A stretch of 64,000 nt of DNA from Tubiluchus corallicola (lineage: Eukaryota; Animalia; Priapulida). Location of the stretch: assembly GCA_030141605.1 (NCBI GenBank), contig JAQGDQ010000052.1:558001-622000 (forward strand), written 5' to 3'. This document shows, in pieces, positions 42,401 through 57,400 of the stretch (position 1 is the stretch's first letter; every line of letters begins with the position of its first letter). Under the pieces are notes generated by a model that did not search any database, was not told the DNA's origin, and worked only from the letters and a program-made list of their open reading frames with translations. A program made the position numbers and the translations under genes.

Positions 42401-45400
42401 TCTGCCAACTTTCATGATGCTCGATGAATGAAATGGCTATATATCGCTTCTGCAATGTAATGTAACATAGCCATTATGTATTTCAATAAAAAACAAAAAA
42501 ACAACCTGTCTCTAAACCATCTGAAGAATAGCTAAAGAGATCTTAATCTTTATAACATGACAATACTAATAAAATTTTTCTACAGAGGGTTTAAAGAAAG
42601 TGAAAATGTTATATAAAAATACGTATGATTAGCAAGAACAGGTCTTAGGAATACAAACAAAAATAAGATGTACCTGTGCTTGTGTTAGTGGCGCCAAAGC
42701 TGCTTCTCTCAAAAATTCACTATCAAACATTTTCTTGTCCACTTGCATAACCAGGGTTTTTTTCAAAATGCCAAATATTCGAGGTATGGCAGCAACATCT
42801 GTTGATGACCAAATCTTAGGGTCTTTTTCAAAAATATCTTTATATGCTACTTCAATGCTAGGCTTGAACTCCTTGAAGAAAATTGTCTTGTTATAATCAT
42901 ACTGTGTCACTTTGAATAGTGATAGAAGAGCAAACTCTAAAATGCACAGCAGTATTTTTTAGCTGAAGAAAAACTAAAGCTTTCTGCATAAATGAAAGTA
43001 CAAAAAGAGAATATAAAGTTAATGTAAACACTAATTTTTTCATACCAATGAAGAAACAATAACCTCCTTTCCCAATCACACTGTTTTTAAAAAATATGGC
43101 TGTGGCCAGCATCAGGTTACATCATCTCTTAAATTGGGACCCACATCTTTCTGTCGAGTGTCCACAATTAGTCTTTCTTTCCCATTTTTGCAACGCACGA
43201 CTAGATCGAAACAAATTCCAGTGACATACAGGCATTGAATACCAAAAGCCAATAGATATACATTTCTAAACCCTGTATAGTGAAATAGAAACACTAGCTA
43301 TTAATGACTTCAGTATAAGTTTCTGCAGCATGTCCCAAAGAGTCATTTGCCGGAGTTCTGTCAATCTTATCATTCGTTGCAGAACTTCTGGTGTTCTGGG
43401 TTACACAGCCAAATCAAAAGAGCTGTGAGGAATTTGGATGCACGTCAAGAAAATAGAAAGAAAATCTTAAGGTAATTTACAGGCTTGATAATGGCCAGAG
43501 CAATGCTAGTTTCGTCTTCACGTTGATTACGCCGGTTCATAGCTTTTCCATATATCAGGATCACCCAATCAAGATCTCATCAAATTATGTTATACAGTGC
43601 AACATACAGTGCGAGTCTGTGGATCAGCAGATGCTAATGCCAGTCTCACATGGAACTTCAGTTGACGACCCTTGTAGGGTTACATGGAACCTCCGAGCAC
43701 AGCTTCCATTCTTCAGCAGTGCAGGCGAGTCAAAGACGTAACCTTTAAATGTTCTTATGATCTCGAATTTCAAGTTTTGAACATCTGTAATTTTCATATT
43801 TAACATTGCTGATCAAGAATTCTAACTAAGGTTGATCTACTAATGTTACCTAAGTAATTTTACCGTATTAGGGTATTTACGGTGATGCGGTTCATCACGT
43901 ATCTGGAACATTTTGGTAAATTTGCTGTTTTCAGACAAACTATTTAAGCAAGATTGTTCGGCCTGTACCAAATGCTTACTAAAATTGAAAGAATTACGTT
44001 ATAATAATTTACCTGAAAACTATTTCTACTAAAAAGGATTTTGCTCACTTTATTACTCCTAATTACAATGTCTGCTTCATCTTTTCAATTCATCCATTAT
44101 TAACTATTCCATGCACACAGGACAGACAAGAGTGAATAACTTTTTTTCGAATTTTATACTGTACATCATTTTTATATGGCAAGAAATTATTTGCAAAGCT
44201 ATGTCAGAATGTCGATACCAGTACTTTGTATATTATAAAAAATAACTTGGCTTTTTTGTTTGCTACCCTTGTTACCTAATTACTAAGACGGCAAACTGGT
44301 ATCGAATTCTACAAAATCAGTTTACAAGTATAATGCGAAATTGATGCTTCGTAAATTGGCTGTAAAGAATCTCTTTCAAGACAAAGATATAGACATGTCT
44401 GTTAATCTCTTCTGGTGCACATGTACATAAAATATACAACTGATTAATCGTATAAAAATTACATGAAAATATATATTAAAAAGTGATTAGGTTGGTGCAA
44501 GAGAAAGTGTAGTGAAAGACCATCACATCATCCACCCTTCTTAAATTAATAAAATATAAACTAAAAGCACGGGAAAATTACTAGAAAACTACAAATTACG
44601 TATAAAAACTATGTTAACAAAAACCAAAAAAACAGTGATAAAGCTAAAAAAGGTACAATCAAAGTATATAACTAACCTACATAACAATAACATATGTACA
44701 ATATTTAAAAATTTTATTCAGCAGTGTTTATACTATTAGTAAATGGTACGGTAGATATAAATTTTATAGACTTATTTTAAGTTTTGAATATTTACAGGTG
44801 TATCTTAAGCTGTACGCCTTACTTAGACAAGTAAATGAATATAATCTACATACATACGTATACAGTGCACATATATATACACACACGTGCATGTGTGCAC
44901 ACTTTCATATCAGGCATTATCTTGTTAAGGCATGTGTTCACTAATCAAACTGTTTATCTAATTAATTTGTATACTTTGAGACCTTGTAAACGTAACTTTT
45001 ACTGTTTTGAGGGTGTGTGCGCATGTGTTGGAGGCCTCAATGCATAATGCCCCGTTTCTACTCTCCTTTAGTCGATTAATATAACGGACAGAAGCCTGCA
45101 ACCTACAAAGTGATAATACTGAGTTTGTCGCTAAGATGTTTTCTGGAAGATCATTTAAAGACAAAGCAGACGTTTAGTGGTAATCCCAGAATGCTGTTTT
45201 GAAATACAGAATTATCAACACACTGCTATACCCATAGATCTGATGAAGTTCAAATCATAGTACAATACTCTACATTCCTCCCCACTTATTTAAAAACTAT
45301 AAACTTAGGACATTCAACTGAGCAGGTTCGTACTACAACTACAAAAATCCAAAGTGCGAACACATCTTTAGGTTCATGGCTAAATCAAACCATAAGAAAT

Positions 45401-48400
45401 TATCCATATCAACCTTTAAATGTTCATAATTAACAAAATGTTCAACTTGCTTAGCACAATTTGTGCACAATCAAGCACAAACAAATTCTAGTTGTATAAA
45501 AGAAACATTCAAATTTCACTTCAATAAATGCACTACATTTCAGTAATAAAGTGCTTAAGTGCATATTCTTACAGGATTTCTTCTGAGAGCATTGCCAGAA
45601 TCAAGAGTTATTTGCAACTGAATTTCCAGCATTTTACTGAATTAGCGGGGTTGCAAGAACCGTTATCAGAAGTCTGACTAGGAGATTGAGTGTGATCACC
45701 AGTTTCTCTCGTAGCATTGGTCTCCTGTACACTTGCTGAAGGATGATTTGTGGGTGGCAGTGCAATGACAGAAGTTTTCAAGAGAAGAGTTTGCAACTCG
45801 TAAGGAAATGGAAATGTGTTCCTTGGTCTCAAATTTTCTGCATTTTAACAAATGATCAACGTGACAGAATCTCTCTTGACTACCAACTCTGACCAAGTAC
45901 GTCAATGGCCCTTTCCGTGCAATTATCCTACCCAAGACATACTTTTTCAAGCCATCACTGTGAGAATTATTTACCATAACGTTTTCCTTCTCAGTAAATT
46001 CTCTAACTGTTGCAGAATGGTTACTGCTGTGGTAATCCTTCTGTTTAGGGACTTTCCTTGGCTGTGAAAGCTATCTCTTTATCTCTTTAGCTGTGACAGG
46101 AGGTTCATTAACATAAATAAAATAGTTTATTGGCAACTAGGCAATCTAGACAAGGTGTCACAGTTGCAGTGATCTGTACCCTTTCTGTAGACAATAGTGC
46201 AATCATGAGCCATTAATATGAGTGACCATTTTTGTAAGTGAAAAGCCGCTAAGGTGGGTATACCTGTTTTTGGTCCAAAGATTTTCAAGAGTGTTTTATG
46301 GTCTGTTATTAGCTCTTTTCGCAATGAGCATAATTTTTCTCAGCTGCGGAGAGGGTCCTACTGGCATAAGCTACCGGTTTTTCAGCGTCACCAAACAAAA
46401 CACAGCCCAACCCAAATGGGGATGCATCGACACAAGTGTAATAGGCTTGGATTGATCATAACGTACAAGTAATTAATTACTGGCTAATAGCTCTTGATTT
46501 TCTGAATGCTTCAGCACACTCATCTGACCGTTTCCATTCTACATCATGTTTAAGCAGCTGATGCAATGGATACAATACAGTAGAAAAATATGGTAGGAAC
46601 TTACTATAGTGGCTAAGCATACCCAAATAAGTTCTTAACTCTGACACATTTTCAGCAGTTTTAACAGCCCAAATGGTTTCAACCTTATCTGCCTTAGGAT
46701 GTCTACCATCATTATCTATTACATGACCTAAGTAGTCAACAGACGGAGTCATAAATTTACATTTATCCTTGTTAGCTTTTACGTTGTATTTTTCCAGTCT
46801 AACAAATACATCTGACAATATACTAAAATGTTTTTCAGCACTATCAGTGCTCACAAGCATATCATCTTGATAACACATTACACTGTCTTTTCCTACCAAT
46901 ATTTGATCCATCACTTTTTGAAATATGGCTGGGGCAGTCTTGATACCATATGGAAGATGATTATACTGAAACAGCCCGATGTACGTGCTAATGGCGAGCA
47001 AGGACTTTTACTCTTCTGTCAATTTCAGCTGTTGGTACGCATATAACAAGTCAATTTTTAAAAACACCTTGCCACCATCGAATTTTGAAAAAGCATTATC
47101 TGGTGTTGATAGGGGATAAGGATTGCTCTCAATTACTGGGTTCACAGTCACTTTGTAATCAGTACAGACCCTAACATCATCTTTCTGTTTAGAAACAACA
47201 ACTATAGGTGTTCCCCACTCAGAAGTCTCTACTTTTGTTAAAAGATTTGACTCAACAACCTTAATTAAATTTCTCTCAACACGCTCCTTTAGGGCATATG
47301 CAACTGGTATAAGCCTATGAAAAATTGGTTTCACATTAGAACCTTCTGGTAAAGTTACATCAGCCTTAAAACCTTTAATGGGCATACCGTTTTGTTTAAA
47401 AACAGATTTGTGTTTTTCTAATAAATTGGACAGCATTGTTCTATTTTCATCCAAAGAGAAAATTTCATTCCAATTTAATTTACAGCATGTAGCCAATTTC
47501 TACCCAAGAGGGCAGGTTTACCTGCTCCCTTCACAATTAATATAGGCAGATGTACTTTCTGTGACTCATATTCAACATCAACATTTATTGTGGTTAGTAC
47601 AGGGATCACGTGAATAACTAGTCAACCTTGTGCTTTGGATGACTCATCTTTTCATCTCAATTCATCATAGGAACATTGCTAAGTTTTTCCTTATACAAAC
47701 TCTCTGGAAATATTGAAACAGATTCTCCTGTATCAATAATAAATGGAATTTTCACTCCATTAACCAACATTTTTGCAGTAACGGCATTATTGCCACCAAT
47801 ATCAAACACGTTGTACAATTCACAACAATCAGAATATTTATCTGTAACTTGGTACATTCGTTTATATTTCTCAGTATTACATGCTTTCTCTGATTTATGA
47901 AAACATGCTTTCGAAATATGATATATTGATATTTTGATACCAGCATTTTTCTGGATCATGGTGGCCATTACAACTTACAAATGCGGTCTGTAATAGTCTC
48001 AAACTTTGATGAGTGCTGCGCTGGATGTCGGTTTGCACATTGACGTCTGCCTCTACCCTTGATAGACTGATGTGTTGGCACTGGGGCCAATTAGTTGTGC
48101 GTATAGCATTTACTGAAGTGCTCTCAGTTTTACCACTAGTACTAGCTCATTACATCATTTCACCTGACACACACTCTGCAGTTTCAATGGCAATTGCATC
48201 GGAATATGCTTTAATCCACGTGAGATCTATAACACTCAGTAACTTTCTCCTGATGCGTTCACAACGAATACCAGGAACAAACTGATCTCGCAAATGATCA
48301 TTCAGAGTATGACCAAATTCACAGGTAAGTGCTAGCTTTTTCAATACCACTATAAAATCTGAGAGATTGACCGCTTTGCTGAGAGCGTCATTTATACCTC

Positions 48401-51400
48401 TCCCCCATTACTGTTTTAGGCGGAGCATAATGAGTTCTCAACATTACTGTCAATTGCGCAAATGTTTTTGTAGTCGGGTCTTCAGGCATACATAAATTTA
48501 TTACCAATTCAACTGCTTCTGCTCCTACCAATATCAGCAGAACACCAACTTTTTCATCGTCTGGGATTTTATTTACCTGCATCCATAACTGAAGCCTTTT
48601 AGAATAATTTTCCCAGTCTTCTGAACGTGTGCACGGAAATTCGCCATTGTTCTTTGTTATAAAACCACGATGCCTGTCTGCTGGGCGTGTACACTTAAAA
48701 TCGATAATAATCCGCTGTAATTTCTAATTGTGCAGAGACACGCTATGACTTTTATAGTCCATAGAATCCATGTACACTCTCACGCTATTTAAATCCCACC
48801 CTCGTCGCCAACTTCTGTCATGTTTTCTGACAGACATTTAAAGTCAAAGCAGACATTTAGTGGTAATCCCAGAAAGCTGTTTTGAAATACAGAATTATCA
48901 ATGCACTGCTGTACCCATAGATGTAGTGAAGTTCAAACCATAGTACAATACTCTATGGTCGCATTTAACTTTTATCACATTGCTAGCCTCGATGATGACT
49001 AACTACCAAGAGGTTGACAATATCCATCCCAGACTCCAGGTTGATTTTTAGCACATAATTTTTAATGAAGGATTATTAATTCGTATACTACAACCATTAT
49101 CTATTTTCATCAGTCTGGATAATTAATATGAATAATACTGCTACAATTTTACAGTACTAATGTGAAAATTACATTTGATATGTACTTACAATTAAATTAT
49201 TCCTGCTGTTGTTTACTGCAACAACAATGATCTTCCGAAGATTACGCACAGCATCCGGGTCTTCAATGTTAGCAATGTCAGCTATTTTCTTAGTGGTAAT
49301 GCCATTCATGTAAGGCGCCAAGTTGGAAAAGCTATAAAACATATTATGAAATTATATTTTATTTCCCAAGGGCTAAACACTGGGGCTAATTATATAGTGT
49401 CAACTATATCACACAGCAAAGATGAACAGCGCAAAGCAGAATGAAAAATAAAAATTCTTACAACTAATAAACATGTTAATAATGAAACATGATGCAGTAA
49501 CAATTCTTCCAGGGTATCACCATATTTGAATTTTTCTTGCATTAACTGGTTTATTCGTTACTCTCAGTTGAAAATGCATTGTCTCTGTTTAGTTTGTGAT
49601 GTTTAATCCAAAATTTTATTATTGCACAAGTACTAATCATCCTCTAGTGACTTTAGTACTATTCAGTGCAGAAGCTTAATATACTTGTCAAATACACAAG
49701 TCGCTTAGATAGTAAGAAAACACAGCTAAAAAGTTATGATAAAATGGAAAACAAACTTACTTTTTATTAAAACAACCAAGCTTTCAATTTTTAAAAGACG
49801 GTTTTTAAATCCATAAGTTTGATTTTCCAAAAAGAATTGTCATTTCCTACTGGGTTTTGACTTTTTGTTTTATCTAATTATTAGACACAGCTAGTAACTA
49901 TGACATGTTTTTGAAAAGATTGCCATCAAAGTTCAGGTCATCTTAGCCAATTTCATAACATAAGAAATGAATAAAAATCGCTCACATTAATTCGAAATCT
50001 AGAAAATCATCTTCTGCAGATGTCAGTATTCTTATGGCTTTCTTAGACAATGCCCGGCCTTGATCAACAGTCAATGGTTGCTCAGAAAAAGTGAGTATAA
50101 TGGATTTATTCAGCTGTAAATAGCAAAAAACCAGCTATTTATTCCTGAGAAAAATAAGCTAGTAGCAACATACGTTGTACACATGAGTGTGTAAACTTCG
50201 AAACCGCGAAAAACTTTAAAGCTCCCCGTGCAGCCGAGCACAGCTAACTTGTGCCAAACCTGTTTGAGAAAAATTCATTCTCTGCATATCAAATTTCTAT
50301 TATTAACCTCTGTTTTTGATGACAACACCAGTCTTAGCCAGCTAAACTGGGCACAATATGCAAAATTTTATTGTTGAAGAAGTGTTTAAATTTAATGGCA
50401 GCACTTATGTTGATTTCTGAATGTGGCATTGACACATTGGAAAGCTTCTTAACAAAAGTCTGATTTTTGAGAATCGACAGTTTTTGCAAGTATAAGCATC
50501 GAGTAACTTAGCATTCACCGATTTAAAATAAACGTTTAGAAAATTAGCATTCACTAGTTTAAAAATAATGTTGACAGTGTTTATTACTGAATGTTCACAT
50601 TCCCTCATGACAAAGCTGAATGCCAAAATTGTATTTCCGCAAGCTCTAAGCCTTGTATACAATTACGAACAAATTTAAGATTTTGCCATAACTAGTTTAA
50701 TGAATATATGCGTAGAATTAAAAACATCCTACGCACAAACAAGTTTACGAAAAAATTGTTCGCAAGACGTTCTTCTTTTGTTAGTAACGTGATTCACTTG
50801 GCCGACTTAGAATAGGTCTGTAGGTAGTTTCAGACCATACAAGTATGCATGTATGCATTGCATGAAGCCCACTATTTAGATTAATTTATGAAGGAAAAGT
50901 TTATATAAGGCCGCTCGACATGAACGAGGAGGACTCTCTTAGCTTTCACTGGCTAATAGAGCAAGTCCCCCTATATAGGCCTATGTGCTAAATTATAGTT
51001 AATATTATGGTGCACCTAACTTGAATTTATGTTATGCCTTATAAGATAATTATTGTGCTTTAGTGCATTGTGCTATTTGTGATAAAATGCTATTCATATA
51101 AATGGTAGTATGTAAGTAAACATTTATTAAACTAACGCTTTATATTTGTGAAATTTGTGATGTGTGGAATCATACTATTGTTCTCAAGTTATGAGTGAAT
51201 AGAAATGTTACTTGAATGAAATAATGATGCATTTTATAGTGGCCACATTTTAATCAAATCTTGTCTGCTTTTTATTGTTTCTTTGTGCTCTTTTGAAATA
51301 GGAATTACGAATGACTAAATGAAAATGATTAAATGTTCAAAGTAGTGAGACACAAACAATTAAAAAATATATATCGAGGGTTACTTTAAAAATGGATAAT

Positions 51401-54400
51401 CACATAACCCTATCTTAACGACAATCATAAAAAGATTTCTGACAGTTTCAGTCCTGTTTCAAATAGATAACCAGGTTAACGTACCATAGGTTTCTCCCCT
51501 GAGTTTTATTAACGTAAAAATCACATACTATAAAACAAATTTTCGATATGAGCCGAGCATCATGTGAGAGATAGTGAACTTTCACCCACCGCCAATATAA
51601 CACCAACTTTCTTTAACAGCTTGATTAAATTAGTACATTGGCTATTTCATTTTATATATTCCATACAATGCATACGGTAATGTGCAAGATATCGAAGAAA
51701 AGTTCCACTTAACGCATTATGTATGCCCTACAAGTTTTACCTTTGGAAATCTCAAGAATAACTGCACGAAATCGTACTGGTACTTAGGCTCACCAATAAC
51801 AGACGATGGAGATATGCGGTCTATTATGCGAGAACACGTTCATGGTAAAACAAAATGTATGCTGAAATTTGTATCGTTCATCAACTATAACTATGTTAGG
51901 CCATTTACACTGAAGAAAATTGTGGCAAAGGCTTGCGTTACAAGTGCGCAGATCTTACGCACCAGAAACATGGTTAACGTCTGACTTTGGAGCACTCGAG
52001 GTGTTATACAACGAAGTTCTGAAAACACTACTGGGAGTAAAATAATGCCCACCAAACGAGGTGTGTTACATAGAAGATATGTCTCTTTTAAAAGAAATAA
52101 TTTTGAAAAGGCGGAGACAACAGCTATCTAAGAAGATGCCCAATAGAGTATTTATGTCTTACTCTAAATTTAACAAAAACATATTTTATTTTCAAACTTA
52201 CGTATCTCTCAGTCCATCACTTAAACAGCACCAGGTATCAGGTATATACTACAAATATAGCTGATTCGCTGCGTATTAATTTTAGCGGGTTTGTTTTATC
52301 TGCACATTATCTGCATTATTGTATAGTCTAAATGTAAGCATGTATGTAGAGTGAATACTTTTGTTGTTATTATTATTTTGTTGTGAAGTGTTTGCTTGAC
52401 CAATGTCAATAAACTACTACCACTACTATAAATCCTAGTTATTATACAAATGATCATATTAATTTTGATGATATTTTAGAAAAAAATGCCCTTGCCTTAT
52501 CGTCATCTAGTTGGTAAATATCGAATGCGGTAAGATCTTTAATCAGAAATGGGTATTTTGCCAAGAATTCTTCATAATTGCTCCGGGAAACTGGGAAGAC
52601 GGATCGCGGAAGATGGACTGATTTTAAACGTATTGGATCTACAGCCGTAAAACTATTCAGTCTAAAAAACAAAGAAACAATTATATATAAATGAAAACAA
52701 TCCATTAGTATATACGAAGACATGCTAGCCTATTTGTTTCTGATTAAGGAAGTCATGGGCCAAAATAAGATATAAGTGCCTTAAAATTTCTTATAAACGT
52801 GGCTGTTTAAAAGCAATGCATGCATTCAAATTACTAGAGACACATCAGACACATACGCAATCAACGTCAAGTATACTGGTTTATCGCTCCGCCTACCGAT
52901 AAACTGAACACACCATTATAATTCTATAGTTGTCAACTATAATAAAACCTGAAACTATAGTTGTCAACTATAATAAAACCTGAAACTATAGTTGTCAACT
53001 ATAATAAAACCTGAAAGAGTACAGGCTGAATACTGCATCATCTAGACCAATTTCACACACACTTTTTGAGAAAGCAGTACAGTCACTCCAAGCAACATTT
53101 ATTGGTCAATTATTCGTAGCTCAGATTTTGTGATAATGTTTTTAAATTGTGATAAAAAGTATAGCTACATTGCGCGATTGCCAAGGTTTTGTTATTTTTA
53201 AAATGTTTTGCAAGTAGCTTATAAAATGCATTTTATCTTTTCAACCTACATCTGTCTGTGAATATGACTGATCTATTCTGCCTGGTCACACCCGGACTTA
53301 TATCTACAGTGGGTGTAATCTGTCAATGGTGTAAGAACTGACAGACAACGCAGCCCGAAAGTAAGATAATGCTGTGTTATAAGTGCTGACTGAAAACAGG
53401 AAAAAATCCAAGCAACCAAATCTAGATTTTTTATGAGAAAAATAAAAGGAGAATAAAAGAAAGAAAAATGGCTGAAGAAGAAGAAGACCTGGGTTTTCAA
53501 TTTAAGTTTTAGTTTTCATACTATAAATAGTTACTCGATGCCTTTTTAATTAAACAAATAAGTAATGTATAACTGTAGGCAATTAACCATATAGCCAAGC
53601 ACTATTAATTTTGCTTCTGGAATACAAATGAATGCTTTTACATTACTTATGGAAAGCACTGTTTCGTTCAATGACGTTTTGCTTAACGTCGTGTTTTCCT
53701 GGAATGCGTTAGCTTCATTATAAAGGGAAGACTTACTGTACACCTAAGGTGATATATGAATGCAAATTAGAAGAGTGAAATTGTAATAAAAATCCTACTG
53801 TATTTACGAAAAGAATGTATTAATTTAAAAAGAACTTATTTACCTATGTATTTTTTACATGCTAAGATTATTTTCAAATATTGGATACCACTTACATAGA
53901 TGTCATAGTGCTATTGTTTATAATGCTCTGAAGAGATACAGCAGGTAGGAAAGCAATAAAGTTGCCCAACATGTTAATCTCCTTACTACTCCACTTGAAA
54001 TATTCGCCCCACCTTTCATGTTTACCAGCTTCTTCCACAATGGCAACACCGATGAACGGGTTTGCTTTATCTGCCGCCTGAAAAGTAACAAGTGTTAGAA
54101 TCAATTGAATGGGAGAGGGGCAGGGGGAGGGGGAGGGAGAGGGAGAGGGAGAGTAGACTTACATTGATTTCTTCGACAACTGCGTTGAAGGTCTCAAGAC
54201 TAAGATTATCCAAAAGAAATTTTATCTTAATTGGATTTTTCAATCTGTTTGATAGCTGTTTAATGTCTTTGACAGAAACTTTTTCTATGTGTGATTCCTA
54301 AAACAGAAAAATTAATTATTAATCCGGCTTATCATTGATCGAACGAGAGTCGCAAATGCAACCTGCGTTCGAAAAAAACATATATCGCATTTTTCAGCAG

Positions 54401-57400
54401 TAGCTGCAGGACCTTTTTTAAATCTATTTTATAAAATGAAAATTAAGAAATTTCTAATTCGATTTAGATGGCATTTAAAGCAAACCTTAAAAGAAATTGC
54501 ACAATTTATGAACCATCAGTGTGAAATGATAAATAACGGGTGGGCACAACAAGTAAGCTTTATTAAGATTTTTATCCAATTCAGTGCCTTTTTTAAGAAA
54601 TGACTGGAAGGGGTTACAAATATTTTAAGAAATATTTGTAAGCTTCCTGAGCCAACAGTCACCAATACACTTTATGGCAATTAATTTACATTTTTGGCTC
54701 TAGACCAACTTATTTTGATTAAAATAAATAAATATTTCTATTTATTTTATAGTATTCGAATCATTCCTTGAAAGATAATTTAATCATCTTTTCATTGCAG
54801 ACAATGCTTAAAAGGAAACTTAACGAAACTTGTAATTGTAATCATAATGTCATCAGTCAGAATAATTTAAACCATTCTAATTATCAGCAATAAGATTATA
54901 AGTAAATGTATCTAAGAGTAGTATGTAATGCTTTACAACACTGATCAGCTTAGCATGCATTTAATTTAACGTAGCTGTTAATCTTGCATACAAATTGGAT
55001 GAAAATTAATGCTCCATAGCATTTTATAAAGGGTTTACTTTTTTGTATCTACCCTGTAAATTAGCTAAGAAAGGGATAGAAGGCAAGGGACCATAATGGT
55101 TCTTCAATCTTTTTTTAGTCTAGCGTTTTAGCTAACTGGCAATACTGTACTGCCAAACCGACAAGCATTGTCTAATAATTAATAATGGCTGCTAACGGAT
55201 ATCATCTTGTAGAGTGAAGTTGGAATCTGATCCAGTGTTACTGAAGACAATGCCTCATACTCCATCAAAACAGCTCTGACTTCATCTTCCCTTAGACGCT
55301 TGCAAAAAACTGGAAAACATAATGGTGGATAAATTTAGGTTGTATGTTTCAATGTCTAAATAAATGAAAACGGTGGTTTATTTCAGCAATTTTAAAGCAG
55401 AACTGCACAACAGCTAGGACTCTCTAAATCAAAATGTATTGATAAAATGTTGACGCAGATGCTTTAACCAATACACAAAGGAGTTGTTTATCACAATGGA
55501 AAATTTTCTCATAAAACTGTGAAGACTTCACGGGGAATCATCTCATGCTCATGATTCAATTTCAAAAATTGTTTTTGGGAGACGGGCCAGTTCACACCGT
55601 TGCCAGGAAGACAGAATAGAAGACAAGTCTTTTATTTGCACGCAAAGACATTTAACGGTTAGTACAATCAAATTGAAATTTAAATATACATTGCAATTGT
55701 AGGCCAGTTCTGGGCGATTACTGGCATTATGTACGGCATTGGCCCAGTACAAGTAAGCCAAACCTGGCAATCAGACCAGTAACTTGCCTGTACAGTGCCA
55801 AAACTGTTTACACGCTGTCGTGTACTGGCCCACTTCTGGCTACCAGCACTGGCCCAGCATGGAATCAGTTACTGTGCCAGAATTGGCTAAATTAAAGGTA
55901 TATTCAGGTAACCTAATTAAGTCAGCATTAACACTTATTAAGCCAGTATAGTAAGTTAGTAACTAACATCAAACACATTGGTCTATCGCTCCCCCTCCGC
56001 TGAACGTAAGCATGCTCAGCGGCATTCCGGACAAAAGCTCACGCTAAACAGCAACTGTCTAGACTAAACAAAACAACATGACAGTAATAATTAATGTCTA
56101 ATAGGCAGATAAACTGATTGCACTTTTCATAAACAAATTTGCAGAGCAGCATCTATTAAAACACGAAATTAACACTTCAATTAACCAAAAATGACTTTTC
56201 AATTTTAACAGAATAAATGCAGAAACAAATATTATAAAGAAACTAAGCCAGTTAGCCTTGCTCGACAATAAATGAGCAACAAAATATATTTACGAAAGTC
56301 TCTCTTGCCTTTGAATATACGAACGCATCATACCTGAGACCTGTATTTTTTCCTAATTTTAACTAATCGCGTGGTCGTTCGCAAGCTTTTATCCACTTTT
56401 AGCGTTTTCAACAGTTTTAAGACTACAGAAATGGAATAAATTTGATTATTTTATTCCGTAGACGATCTTGCCCAAGTTACGTAAGTAATCATAAGTCCAA
56501 TGGTAACTTTTACTTATTATTACAGCCAGGAAAAGAGCAAAAAATTGACTATTTCAGGATCCAAATTTTGTGTTGATATATAACGTAAACGTTGACCACA
56601 TTTGAATTAATTTTGAGCATGAAGATCTCATTGAGGTTTTATAAAACCTGACCAGAAAAGAAAACATTTTGCCTGAATGTGAATTCCTATGAGTGTGCTC
56701 GCTTACCACATAATCGTGGCAGTTGTCACGTATTCCCGACGATGAGTTCAACTCTGTCGCTGGGATTTAACTATTGCCATTGCTATAGCCTACGCAAACC
56801 TACTTAGAAGTGCTCAGGCTGTAATTTTTACATTAATTTTAACCTTGAATCATTTATATCTGCCAACTCGGACTTCAATATAAAGTTATAAATTTCATTG
56901 GCACCTCTGTTCAAGTAGGCCATTTTACACTTGCGATCATTAAAGCAGCGTCATATGTTCGGCCTAATTAACCTCGTTAAGTCAATTCGTATTTTTTAAG
57001 TTAATACTTGTCTTTATCTAGCTTGCAAGGTCGTACATTAAACTAAACTGCGCATTTTATTAATAACAATATCAGTAGCTCATGGGCGCAAGCGCTGCGC
57101 AATTCTTCCTATAAAAACAAAATTATACTATGTATTTCCACAAATTCACTTGCAATTTTAGTCGACAATACAGACTATCGACAGCGCAATAAGATATAAA
57201 ACCAGGCTGATTTCTCTCCCGCATTTTGCATAAGAATATAACATATACCGACAATACATCATACAGTTAGAGCAGTTGTCCCGGGTAATGAACCGGTTCT
57301 GTGGGCGTTTGAGAAATATGCAACCGAATTGGACAGTTAGCAAAGCTTGAATGAGACTGATAGACATTTTGTTTGACGTCAATTGTTTCAATTCTAGCTT

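Noticed and set aside
42937-42983. Longer version of the 42674 exon starting at the strong acceptor 42983 (KALVFLQLKNTAVHF)
   Set aside because: It is out of frame with the downstream coding part unless an A6 run carries an indel. The 42936 acceptor plus exon 44975-45095 closes the phases without assuming an error.
52924-53016. CRISPR-like array (31-bp palindromic repeats)
   Set aside because: The repeats are head-to-tail with no unique spacers, there are no cas genes, and the context is a eukaryotic intron.
55053-55119. Extra exon candidate TKKRLKNHYGPLPSIPFLANLQ
   Set aside because: It ends in phase 1, which does not fit the flanking phase-0 junction, and its acceptor is poor.
56690-56770. 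tRNA or SINE head (GTTCAACTC B-box-like)
   Set aside because: No cloverleaf and no correctly spaced A-box.
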